Below, piece by piece: positions 43,809-57,142 of a DNA stretch of 64,000 bases; the first letter of the stretch is position 1, and each line of letters begins with the position of its first letter. The notes under the pieces were generated by a model. The model made no database searches. It was given only the letters and a program-made list of their open reading frames with translations, and was not told the origin of the DNA. The stretch lies in NCBI GenBank assembly GCA_951406725.2, contig OX597832.1, positions 19,158,001 through 19,222,000 on the forward strand. The letters run 5' to 3'. Source of the stretch: Octopus vulgaris (Eukaryota). A program made the position numbers and the translations under genes.

Positions 43809-44534
43809 TTAATTAACATAGATATAATAATAAAAATCCAATGCGCCGGTTACCTGTTGTGTCATTGTACATTTTACCTGATTGAATATTTCGCTTAGGT
43901 GATCTGAAAATGTACTGTTAAACCTCACACGCGTCTACTTTCATATCTACATACCTACATAATTTTATATAGTTCTGTGCATACGTGCATGCATATGAAC
44001 AAACATAAAATTACATTGATATAGGCACGATAACATACATGCGTGTGCGTATGTGTGTGAGTACGCGCGCGATTATTTGCATTGTGTGGGAGTGTATAGT
44101 TAGCCACATATATACATTTATATATGCATACATGCCTGCACAGACACACACACACACACATATACATAGAGGCACATATATATACATGTGCTTGTATGTA
44201 TATATGTGTGTATGTTAGTATGTATGTATATATATATATACTTGGAAAAGGATGCGTGGTGTTCGATCATATAATAATATAAATAATATATAAATATATG
44301 CGTATATACATACATATATGTACATACCTACATATATATATATGTATATATACATGCATATATGGGTACAGGACATCAAATAAATGTTGAACACAATGCG
44401 ATACGGAAACAAAAACAAAAACATAGAAACGAACAATTTTCGAACAACGAAAAAAACAGAGAAACGAGACATACAACCAAGAATCTTCCCATATATATAT
44501 ATATACATACATACATACATATATATATATATAC

Positions 44535-44629
<95 letters not shown>

Positions 44630-44654
44630 TATACATATATTTACATATATTTAC

Positions 44655-44687
<33 letters not shown>

Positions 44688-45477
44688 TGCATTTATGTAT
44701 GCATGTATTAAACACCTGAAGTAATCGGAATTAAAATATCCACATCCTGAGTCATGCAAACAAGGCAGGTCTTGTGAGATTGTGTAAAGACGCTCAAGTG
44801 ACTCGTTAACCGAGAGAGCCCAGCAGGTAATCTATATTCTCGTCTACGACTTCTTCAGTCTCATGTTACGCAGCGTAAATTTACTACAGCATTACTCGAC
44901 TGACACCTGGTGTAAAAATACCTTCTCACTTTTGATTTCAAAGTGACAAACACCCAGCTATTCTTTACTTCTCGTTCTGTGTTTACTTGGCACACTTCTC
45001 ACACTAACATTATATTATCAATTTCTCCGTTCCTTTCTATAAATTTGTGTTTGCCACTCTAGAAATAAAAGCCTATTATACAGAGACTTAAGTTTCGGTG
45101 AACCAATTGTTTAAATTTATTGTTATCATAGATTCTAAGCAGACGTTGCTCCCGTTCAGATACAAAGCATTACCAATATAATTGTCTTTTGAGGGCAGTT
45201 ATTCCATTTATGGCTCTACCGTTATTCTATGAAGATTATGTGTCCAATTTTTAAACGCGATTTTGTGTGTTTGTGTGTTACTTAACGTTAATATCATGAC
45301 TTCTACCCATAATTCCATATAAAGCATCTTCAAATATGTTGCTAGCTGTTGTTCTTTTTTTTTTTCAGATCAGCTCCGAACAAGGTCGCTCATCAAATGT
45401 TTGTAGTCATGAACATCACCTGTACATACATATACACACACACATATATATATATATAAAGAGAGAGAGAGAGAAAG

Positions 45478-45605
45478 AAGCGTGACTGTGTGGTCAGAAG
45501 CTAGCTTATCAATCTCATGTTTCCGGGCTCTGTTCCACTGCGTGGCTCCTTGGGCAAGTGTCTTCTATCATAGCCTCTGGCCCACCAAAGCCTTGTGAGT
45601 GGATT
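45478..45605 (+). mobile_element. SINE family B, 5' fragment
   Basis: ccactgcgtggctccttgggcaagtgtcttctatcatagcc...aaagccttgtgagtggatt. Confidence 0.8.
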
Positions 45606-45796
45606 GATATCCACAGAATGTAACAGGATATTTAGGGATATGATACCACTAACAAAAAGCAATGTGCTCATATGGATGAAGTTTAAATAAGAGGGAACCA
45701 GAAATGTCGGGCAACCATTCGTTGGAAGACTATCTACAGCAATATCTGACACGAATCGCTAGCGAATATGTGTGAACTTGCTGAAAACAAAAATAT

Positions 45797-46185
45797 TCTT
45801 TTCTACTCTAGGCACAATGCTGAAGTTCTTGGGGATGGGGCTTGTCAATTAGATCAACCCCAGTACGCAACTGGTACTTAATTTATCGACCCCGAAAGGA
45901 TGAAAAGCAAAGTCGACCTCGGCGGAATTTGAACTCAGAACGTTGCGACTGGCGAAATACTGCTAAGCATTACGCCCGGCATGCTAACGTTTCTTATTTC
46001 TATATTGCCCACGGAGATAGACAAAGGAATTAAGTCGATTAGATCGACCCCAGTGCGTAACTGGTACATAATTTATCGACCTCGAAAGGATGAAAAGCAA
46101 AATCAACCTCGGCGGAATTTGAACTCAGAACGTTGCGACGGGCGAAATACTGCTAAGCATTTCGCCCGGCTCTGCCAGCTCGCTG
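45797..46185 (-). mobile_element. Two tandem SINE family A copies
   Basis: Duplicated cgacc..gaaaggatgaaaagcaaa.tc.acctcggcggaatttgaactcagaacgttgcgac, sharing private variants (aaagc, gttgcgac), which suggests a local duplication. Confidence 0.85.
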
Positions 46186-46209
46186 CATTTCAAAACTAAA
46201 ATATTAACA

Positions 46210-46775
46210 CATGCGTTGCAGAAGATGGAAGACTTTTGACGTAGGAAATTGTGTGTACATAAACACACAAGTGACATTGAAGGATCTCCAGCAAGCGTTT
46301 CAAGTCTTTGGGGACACATTTTTTTTTCTGATCTGGTGAGGAGCAAGAAAACGTGGTCGTATTTGATATGATGCGTAAACGATGTTCCACTCAAGGCAAT
46401 GTATTTACTATACTACTCGAAGGCCTAAGAAATTAAGAGGACATCGATAAGCTCGGAAAGTCATGGTGATTGAATTTCATAGAAGTGTATCATTATACCT
46501 TTTCATACTGGAACATGTTTGTGCTATTAACAGCGAGCATTTCATCGAGAAACTATCTGGAAAAAGAAAGCGGATGAGAGTCTGAAAATGATCTGAATTC
46601 ACCGTGACAATGCAATGGCCACCTATGTCTTGGTATCAAAGCAATCATTCGTAAAATTGCTGTGTTTAATTATTACCGATCCGTAGTAGGACTCGAATGA
46701 GGCATCCTCTTACTGCAACCTGTTTGGTCCAAGCGAAAGAGCAACGTGGTGATGGCGACTATGTTCAGAAGCTCA
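46210..46775 (+). mobile_element. Highly decayed mariner-like transposase remnant
   Basis: RPKKLRGHR*ARKVMV (~46420; cf. PKKxK...SAGKVM), IHRDNA (~46597; cf. HHDNA), DGDYVQK (~46751; cf. GDYVEK). Confidence 0.5.
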
Positions 46776-46906
46776 TCAAAATACAGGAAGTGTTACCCAG
46801 TATTACACGCAATTTCCTAAAACCTACGTCAGTCATGTAAAAAATAAATGAATAAATGAATAAATAAAAATAAATAAATAAATAAATAAATAAAAATTAA
46901 ATAAAT

Positions 46907-47342
46907 AGACGTAGGTGTGGTTCTGTGGTAAGAAGTTTGCTTCCCAATCACATGGTACCGGGTTCAGTCTCACTGCGTGGCACCTTGGTCAAGTGTATTC
47001 TACTGTAACCTTGGACGACCAAAGTCTTGTGAGTTGGTAGTGTATATGTGTGTGTATGTTGTGTTTATGTATGTGTGTTTACGTGTGTATGTGTGTGTAT
47101 GTGTGTGTGTTTGTGTGTTTGTGTGTTGTACGTGGCTCTCTCACTGTGTCAGTGTTTGTCCGCCCACCAAACCTTGATAAGCTTTGTCAATGTGCTGACG
47201 TCACCGTAACTTAGCAGTTCGGCAAAATATACACATAGAATAAGTATCAAGCTTAATAAAATGTCCAGGGATCGATTCACTCGACTAAAATTCTTGAAGC
47301 CCGTGCCCCAGCTGCAGTCAACTCACTGAAACAAATAAAAGA
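46907..47342 (+). mobile_element. SINE family B, diverged full-length copy
   Basis: Head, CORE-like motif, expanded (TG)n and tail ctgaaacaaataaaaga. Confidence 0.8.
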
Positions 47343-47421
47343 TTTATAGATTTATAGCTACTTCTGTATATCTATAAATAGATTTATAGCTACGTGTGTG
47401 TGTGTAGAGAGAGAGAGAAAG

Positions 47422-47464
<43 letters not shown>

Positions 47465-47961
47465 AAGAGAGATAGAAAGAAAAAGAGAGAGAGAGAAACA
47501 CAGACAGACCGATATAGGTTAATGTACACTGATATATATTCGTCCTTAGTCGAAAGACACCTGTTGTTATGTCCTGTTAATTGCATTTGTATTTGTGTAA
47601 CATTATTCTGTTTTTTCCCGTCCTTGTTTTCGTATGCATTCGCTGCATTCTTCCAAGGATTCTAATACTCTTAGCTTATTTTTTCCTTGGGGCTGGCCAA
47701 ATTGGAGCAACCTCGAGTATAACCAGTCGAAATTGCAAAGATAATCTGGCACTCGACTGGTGATAGAAAACGCCGAATTACCCATCCTTGTTTTCCTTGT
47801 ATCGTCTTTCTGAATGTTTTGCGTTCTTGTCCCATTTTTGTACTTTCTATATATAAAATATAGCGGTGTACGTACACTTTGGTCTCTTATATGTAAGTAT
47901 ATATATACATATAAATTTTTGTACGACTCTCTTATTCTTTGTATTTTTCATTTTTCCTTTG

Positions 47962-48118
<157 letters not shown>

Positions 48119-48639
48119 CTATAGATAGTTAGATAGACTGCAGAATATATATATTCATATACATACATAATTATACAAATATGGACGCATGCATTTTATA
48201 AATGTACATACATATATATGTATGTGCATTTATATATATATATATATATGTTGCCTAGGTATTAATATTAAGTCTGTGTCAATAATGACCGAAAACTATG
48301 TATCTAAGTTTTACAACACACATACATACACACACATTGACACACACACACAAACACACACACACACACACGCAGACACACGCTCAAGCACCCACACATA
48401 TATACTTATGCATTTATGAAAGGAATACCTGTTTCTGAAATAGATATAGATTCAGTACAAGTTAATGGCAAGTGAGTTCTCTCTCCGTTGGGTGCCATTC
48501 GATAGCTAATTATAATGGAATTAAATGATTCACTCTTAAAAGCTGTTTACGGGAGTGGCTGGCAAGGATTAGGGAAGGTTTAGTTGCTGGGTGCCACTGA
48601 TTCCCTATATCCGGCTTCTGATTAAAAGTGACCACATCC

Positions 48640-49061
<422 letters not shown>

Positions 49062-49890
49062 AGCTCTACAGACACGGCTCGAGAAACACGGGGCCGACCT
49101 GCCCGAGATGCGGTCAGAGCGACGAAACCGTTCTGCACGCACTCGTGCAGTGTCCAACAATTTCCGACCTGTGGGCTTGTGTCGAACAACTGCTGTCACG
49201 TGTGGGACGAGTCGGTTTATCAGCTGAGTCTATCGTTAATATTGTCACGCCTCCCTCCTTCAAACGGGAAGGAAGAGCTATTTTCATCATCCTTGTGGCT
49301 ATGGCGAAAGAATGTATCTGGTGGACGCGTCTGAAAGGATTGGAGACAAACACTTTCCTCTCTGGTCAATCTCTCATCAACTTCTTCAAGTACCACTTGA
49401 AAAGGAAAGTGAGAGTAGAGAGGCAAGTTTTGTCTAGCGAATGTTTTAAAAAAAGATGGGTGAATGTAGCAAGAATGGCACGTATGAATGACGAAGCCAC
49501 CTTGAGCATGATCCTATGAACCCAGAAATTGAAAACAGAGAGTTGCTTATTTGCAAAAAAAAAAAAAAAAAGAAATATAACATGTGAATCCATTGACCGA
49601 GGTTACCGTGGTCTTTTCCGTAGGCTTTTCTTTCCACGGGTAAACCTCACCTGTCCTCCCCTTTACACTTCATATTGACATTTCTGTGGTAACGATCCCT
49701 ATCGATCAATTTTTTTTTTTTTTTCCTCTCCCCCTTTTTTTTGTCCTCTTTCTCTCCTTTTACGATCCCTTTTGATCGAAAGTCCCCCTTCATTTTTTCT
49801 TTTTTTTTTCTTTTAAACCTTCAAAAGAAAAGCTCTACCTTGTAATTTGTTCTATCTGTGTGCAGCCCTGTGTGGCTAATAAAGAAACAT
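49062..49890 (+). mobile_element. 5'-truncated Tx1/L1-clade LINE: ORF2 C-terminal zinc finger (49064-49519) plus 3' UTR
   Basis: Uninterrupted frame [37 protein letters not shown]...AKECIWWTR...FKKRW...MIL* (CX2CX8HX4C, zf-RVT-like); AATAAA at 49878; both ends join (TATC)n. Confidence 0.85.
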
Positions 49891-49998
49891 ATCTATCTAT
49901 CTATCAACCTATCTATGTATCTATCTGTCTATTTATCTATCTATCTATCTACATATTTGTCTGTCTATCTATCTGATTATGTGTTTCTTTATCTATCT

Positions 49999-50775
49999 AT
50001 GAGGTGTCATCAAACATTTCCTGGACTAGATCTGTAGCGCGCCAACAAATGCCAGCACGAGGTTCTGTGCGCATTGAGAGCTAGCAGTTACTTTCATGAG
50101 GCAGTGTGTCTAGTGACGTGGATGTGTTTTCTTCGCAAACAGAGAAACTTGTGTTATTGTGTTCACGTGTATGCTGTAGTCTGAGATTTTTCTCATGGAT
50201 AGGAAGTTCGAACAAAGAGTCAACGGGAAATTTTGCTCTGAGTTTAAGAAGTCTGATACGGAGACATTTGAGCATGCTTCGGCAGAATCGCTGCTTAGTC
50301 AAGAGCATGCTCATCGTTTCTTTCGACATCTGCAGTATTGTGCATCAGGAATTTGTCCCTCTGGGCCCGACCATCAATCGAGTTTTCTACCGCGACTTCT
50401 TGAAGCGTTTGAAAGAGGACATTTGGCGAAAGCTTCCGAGTCTGTGGACCGCGAAGTATTGTAGTCTTCACAACAGCAATACACCCTGTCATCGAGCTCT
50501 CATCTCTTATGAGTTCCTCGCCATAATTAATATGCTATCGCTTCTGCATCCACCCTATTAATCAGATTTAGCACCTGAGGGTTTCCATCTCTTCCCCAAC
50601 ATGAAAATGCAGCTGAAAGATCGCCTTTTTAACACCATTGTCGAGATCCAGGGTGCATCCCTGAAAATAATCGATTCGCTTACGGAAAACGACTGCTAGA
50701 CCGGATTCCAAAAGTAGTAGGAACGCTGGAACCGCTTTATTGCTGCGCAAGGTTACTAATTCGAAGATAATAGTA
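49999..50775 (+). mobile_element. Internally deleted mariner (DD34D-type) transposon
   Basis: TIR-like tatgaggtgtcatcaaacatttcctggact; MDRKFEQRVNGKFC N-terminus joined to KSMLIVSFD..IVHQEFVP.G.TINRVFY..FLKRL...HPPY*SDLAPEGFHLFPNMK...ERWNRFIAAQGY*FE. Confidence 0.88.
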
Positions 50776-50904
50776 GATATCACGAATTAGTAAAAAGTTT
50801 GAAAATTACAATATAATTTCTAAGAAACGATGAATGTATAAAATATATTACTTATACTGTAACGAACACGAAGTATTACATATCGAATACATGAAACAAT
50901 ATGC

Positions 50905-51127
50905 TTTTATTTTTTATTCTTTTATATGTTTCAGTCATTTGACTGCGGCCATGATGGAGCACCGCCTTTAGTCGAGCAAATCGACCCCAGTACTTATTCT
51001 TTGTAAGCCTAGTACTTATTCTATCTGTCTCTTATGCCGAACCGCTAAGTTACGGGGACGTAAACACACCAGCATCGGTTGTCAAGCGATGTTAGGGGTA
51101 CAAACACAGATACACAAACATATACAT

Positions 51128-51172
<45 letters not shown>

Positions 51173-51312
51173 CGATGGGCTTCTTTCAGTTTCCGTCTAC
51201 CAAATCCACTCACAAGGCATTGGTCGGCCCCAGGCTATAGTAGAAGACACTTGCCCAAGGTGCCATGCAGTGGGACTGAACCCGGAACCATGTGGTTGGT
51301 AATCAACCTACG
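50905..51312 (-). mobile_element. SINE family B, near full length
   Basis: Reverse complement aligns with 33571-33968. Confidence 0.9.
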
Positions 51313-51749
51313 CCTATATGTGTATATCTGTCATGTATGTGTGCGTAACACTTAATCACAGATAATAATAACTATGTAATCATACGCACTCTTGCTATAT
51401 ATTGCCCCTCTCCGTTTTACGCGAGTGCATTTGTACCTACAAAATATTTTCGCACGTATTTAAATTCAGTTCTTTTGATAACATTTTTTATTAACTTTCG
51501 CTTTTTGTTTCAGAATACTTAGACTATTGTTTCCAATGAACCCTCACAATAGCATGTATTAGCTGTACAATACATTCTCTGTGTACGCTAGTTTTTGATG
51601 TAGTAATTACGTCAAATGTCTACACATCATTTAGACATCTAAAATTTGTAATCTAGCGGTTTTCTCTTTTGTGTTATATAAATAATTGTTCCTATGATAA
51701 GCAGAAGCCCGAATATTTAGGTAGGGTTTCGTGAATAATATGGAAGCAG

Positions 51750-52325
51750 AAGGCGGCGAGCTGGCAGAAACGTTAGCACGCTGGGAGAAATGCTTAGCGG
51801 TATTTCGTCTGCCGTTACGTTCTGAGTTCAAATTCCGCCGAGGTGGATTTGCCTTTCATCCTTTCGGGGTCGATTAAATAAGTACCAGTTACGCACTGGG
51901 GTCAATATAATCGACTTAATCCGTTTGCCTGTCCTTGTTTGTCCTCTCTGTGTGTAGCCCCTTGTGGGTAGTAAAGAAATATCTATTTCGTCTGCCGCTA
52001 CGTTCTGTGTTCAAATTCCGCCGAGGTCAACTTTGCCTTTCATCCTTTCGGAGTCGATTAAATAAGTAGCAGTTACGCACTGGGGTCGATGTAATCGACT
52101 TAATCCGTTTGTCTGTCCTTGTTTGTCCTCTCTGTGTTTAGCCCCTTGTGGGTAGTAAAAAAATAGGTATTTCGTTTGTCTTTACGTTCTGAGTTCAAAT
52201 TCCGTCGAAGCCGTCTTTGCCTTTCATCGTTTCGGGGTCGATAAATTAAGTACCAGTTGCGTACTGGGGTCGATTTAATCGACTGGCCCCCTCTCCAAAA
52301 CTTTCGGGCCTTGTGCCTAGAAAAG
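51750..52325 (+). mobile_element. Head-to-tail trimer of SINE family A
   Basis: One head (aggcggcgagctggcagaaacgttagc) followed by three body units starting tatttcgt at ~51801, 51984 and 52168; the last unit has a different tail. Confidence 0.9.
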
Positions 52326-52769
52326 AAAAGAATATATGCACAGACTCATACGCGCGCGCGCACAGACACTTTCTTTGATTAAACGCTTTTCCGCTGCTGT
52401 ACTTCGTTGAGTTTCTTTAATACACAGGGTGTCAATACACACCGCGTCCTTCAAAACCACGCGGAACGAACCATCCCGAATTTGAACGAAAACGGCGGGT
52501 ATCGACATTGTATTGAGCTTATCGATATCATAAACTCGAGCCAACATCCGAGTGAATTCAAATCGCTTGTCTAAGTTATATACAGATAGCTTAAAGTTTA
52601 TCCGATTTTAAGACTCGGAGAATGGTGCGTTGAAAGTGTGGTGTAGAGGGGTCGTAGGTGAGTGGAAATAGGAGATGGGTAAGATTGGGCAGGTGCGAGG
52701 ACAAAGAGTAGAAGCACGGTCCGCAACAAAATTAAATCTTGATTTTGAAGCAGGTGTGATTTTGATACT

Positions 52770-53527
52770 AGGCCAGCAAGTTGGGTGGTTTAGACAGTAG
52801 ATGTAATTGACTGGTACTAATTTTATCAATCAAAAAGAACGAAAGGCAAAGTTGACCTCTCCAGCATTTGAACTCAGAATGAAAAAACGGACGAAAGACC
52901 GCTAAGCTTTTTTTCCAGTTTGTTAGCGATTCTGCCAGCTCGCTTTGGTTTCGTATTTTGACACAAGGCCAGCAAATTCGGGGATAAGTAAATTACATTA
53001 ACCCCCGTGTTCAACTGGTATTTATTCTATCAGTCCCAAAATGATGAAAGTCAAAGGGCCTTCGGCGGAATATGAACTCGGAGCGTAAAGACGGACAAAA
53101 AATCGTTAAGCATTTTGTCCGGCGTGCTAACAATTCAGACAGCTCAGACCCCTCATCGAAGCAGCAGTATTAATCTTTTCTACTAAAGGCACAAGGTCTG
53201 AAATTTGAGGGTAGAGGACTGATCTATGACAACGCCCCCCATGTTCAACTGGTTCTTACTTTATGGACTGTGATTGGATGAAAAGCAAAGCCGACAAACG
53301 AAATACCTATTTCTTTACTACCCACAAGGGGCTAAACACAGAGAGGACAAACGGATTAAGTCGATTATATCAACCCCAGTGCATAACTGGTACTTATTTA
53401 ATCGACCCCGAAAGGATGAGAAGGCAAAGTCGACCCCGGCGGAATTTGAACTCAGAACGTAACGGCAGACGAAATACGGCTACGAATTTCACCCGGCGTG
53501 CTAACGTTTCTGCCAGCTCCCCGCCTT
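52770..53527 (-). mobile_element. Cluster of 3-4 SINE family A copies (oldest 52770-53150; youngest 53308-53527)
   Basis: Repeated gaaaggcaaagt.gacc...tttgaactcagaa...ttctgccagctc blocks. Confidence 0.85.
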
Positions 53528-54255
53528 CCAGATCCTGGCGTGTTCATGATTCTTACGGCTTAGATCCCTTGTTGAAGCGGCTGGAAACATTATTCATGTC
53601 GCATACTTGATATATTTCTTTTGTTCAAATGTTCTTCGGCTCCCGTATTTGGTCCACGACAGGTCCCTTTAAGACTCAGGTTCTTACAAAAAAAAAAAAA
53701 TTCAATAACTCAAAATCAAGAGACTTTGATTTCTAATCGATGATAGTGACCCGAGTATGTTTTTAATAATCATTAAAATAGACAATTATGAGGAAGCATG
53801 TAATTTGTAATTTAATAGTATCTATTTTTCTGACTCTCCAAACAATTAAAAATTCAAAGCATTGTTGAGCCAAGTGGGATTTCAAATCATAACATAAAAA
53901 GATATATGATTATATACCTTAAAGTATGCTTAAATTTTCAAAAAATTCCATTCTGTGATATTATCAAAATGTATATGTTATGTCGCACGTTCGGATGACC
54001 TCTACTCAGCCCTACTCTCTACCATGACGTCTAGACTTCTCCCTCTATATCTACGTATTGGGCTAGTCTACTTCATCGTCTGGGGGCGTCCACACAACAA
54101 TATCCTTGCTTCGTGTGATTTTTAAAAATACATAAATTTAGAATTTCAGCAAGTCTAAAGGGGTTTTTCTTTTCAAATTGCAAGGATAATCTCAGTTAAT
54201 AGAATTTTTCCAATTCCCTATAATCCCTATACGTGACTCTCTACTTGGATAATGA

Positions 54256-54530
54256 CTCCATTCGTTCATGAATGACCATGATATTGCTCATTGAACGTTC
54301 CCCTTCGAAGAATAAGTCAGGGGAAGGTTGTTCATGGAAGACCAGCAGTCGCCCATGCATAAAACCTTCCACTACCTCCACCACCGTTGTTATCCAAGGG
54401 AAAGTCAAAGGCCAATACAGCTTGGCTCCAGTGACGTCGCTACTCGCTTTTACAGCTGAACCAACTGCAGCAAAGTGAAATAAAATGTCTTGCTCAAGGA
54501 CGTCACTCACAGACCAATCCGGGAAGTAAT
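54256..54530 (-). mobile_element. SINE family C copy
   Basis: atggaagaccagcagtcgcccatgcata...gttatccaagggaaag...tacagcttggc.cc.gtgacgtcgc matches 17520-17770. Confidence 0.8.
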
Positions 54531-55434
54531 ATGCTATACGCTTTCTACCAATTCTGGAATAGTAAGCCATTGTAATCAAAAAAGTTTACATTTGCTGAAT
54601 GAAAAGGAACAGACGGATGTCGAGAAAACTATTTGTGAAATGTTCTTGGTGGTAAAAATGTTTCGAACTGATTTCTGATTTAGGCCCACTTCTAGTAATG
54701 CAATTTGACTGGTGCTTTGTTATATTAAGCCCAAAAGATTTTGAAATTTGAACCAGTTCTTGTTTAATTTGCGCTCAAGTTCCGCGGATTGCTGTTTCTA
54801 ACAAAACCCCTTAATTCGAAGTGAGGAATTTCAAAACATTTACAGCATAACTTTAAAGCTAACCTGTAAAATGGCCTGTGTTATGATGTACGCTAGCAAT
54901 GAATGAAACTCGAGGACCAATTTCGACTCCTGCTTCAAGTTAATGGATTTTAACTTCATCTACTTATAATTCCGAGGGAAGCCATTAATCGAGATTCAGG
55001 AGGTTCTTGACCCAACTTCCAAACTATTCCCCTTTCACTCTCTCCCTCTCTCTCTCTCATCCGTTTCTTTCTCTCGCACACACTTTTTATCTCTATCTCA
55101 CTGTCTCTCTCTCACTCTCCCTCTCATTTAATGCTGTATATGGCCTTTGATTTTTCAAACCCCACCACCATCATGCAAACACAAACGAAGTCAAAAAGTA
55201 AAATAGAAAAAAAAATAAAACAACTAAAAATAAAAATACGCTAAAAAGAAACAAAACAAAAACACAAAACAAAACAAAACTACATAATAAACAAAGCAAC
55301 GACGAAAAACCGAATATTAAATTGTAAAGATTATGTTAGCGACTCAATAGAACATATAATCCTTTCTTTGAAAAAACATTCTTTATTGAATCTCATCTGA
55401 CTGAATTACAATTCTTGAATTCTTATACATACAT

Positions 55435-55547
<113 letters not shown>

Positions 55548-55553
55548 CATATA

Positions 55554-55607
<54 letters not shown>

Positions 55608-56329
55608 CATATATATATATGTATGTGTATATATGTATATATATGTATATATACATATATATACATATATATATATATACATATATAAATATAAATACAT
55701 GTATATATACATATATGAATAAATATATATACATATAGATATAGATATGAATATATATATATATGTAAAAATGTATATATATATATGCATATACATACAC
55801 GTACACACACACATATATATATACATATATAAATAAATATATATATATACGTATAAATATAAATATGAATATATATATATATATATATATATGCATGTAT
55901 ATATATATATGTTGGATGGGGAAGGAGGTAAACAATTGTTTGTGTGTTATTTAATTATTTTCTTATTTTGCTTTAATAATTATATTAATAATTTTATATA
56001 GACATTACAATTTATTGACAAGTACATTATTGTTGTTTTTTTAATATAAATTGTTTTCTTTTTTAAAGAAATTATAAATAAATCTCAGAATTAAGGTTAA
56101 AGATTAATTATCTCATGGTTATAATTATTTTCAGTATTATAATGTTTGTTTATATTTATTGTAGGATTATTTTGCTCGTGTGTGTATATAAGTATGTATG
56201 ATCGTGCGTTTAGGTATTTATTTATATATGCACGAGTTTCTTTCTAAATGATTTTTTCCTCCTCATCATATAAAGTAATCATCCTTTTCAAACTAAGCAA
56301 TATATCATTAGTGCTCATATATATATATA

Positions 56330-56370
<41 letters not shown>

Positions 56371-56669
56371 AATTGTATGTAATTATATGTCTATCTGATG
56401 GAAAGTATGTGAGAGAGAGAGAGGTATGTAAGTATTTGAACCAATTTTTATCCTATGAGAGCCCAAGGTTCAATGGCTGGTGTATATATACATACATATA
56501 TACATATGTATATGTAGGTAGTGCAGACTTAAACAGACAAGTGTGACTTCAAGTAAGAGTTATATACCTATAATCTATATTAATACCCATGCACATACAT
56601 GTGCATATATATATGCATACATGCAAAAACATAGAAGCACCCACCCACCCAAACATACACCCACATATA

Positions 56670-56741
<72 letters not shown>

Positions 56742-57034
56742 AGTTGTACAATAGTTTAAAACTCGGAGCGGTCGTTCCGGTGAACTCCAGCGCAATTCTT
56801 TCTGTGAAATTCCCCTCGGAGTGCTTTGCTGTAAATGTAGCTATGTAAGAAAATGTTGAGTATTCCAAGTTAGCTCGAAGCAATATTTACTGTCTCATAC
56901 AACGCAATAATAAGTTTATGGGATTATACCTCTAAGATTTTTTAATTAGGAGTTGAAGAAATTAATTTGAAATGGAAGTCACCTCATTACACGGTTTCAG
57001 ACAAATATATTTATCTTTCGTAAATCTACTTGAT

Positions 57035-57142
57035 ATTATTAGCCCTGACCTTGACTCAATTTAAACTCAGAACCTAATGACGAACGAAATGTTGCTAACC
57101 ATTTAGCACAGCCTGCTAACGATTCTGCCAGCTCGCTGCCTT
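57035..57142 (-). mobile_element. SINE family A head fragment
   Basis: ttt.aactcagaac...gctaacgattctgccagctcgctgcctt. Confidence 0.7.

Noticed and set aside
56755-56850. Short open segment LKLGAVVPVNSSAILSVKFPSECFAVNVAM before gtaaga
   Set aside because: No credible splice acceptor and no recognised homology.
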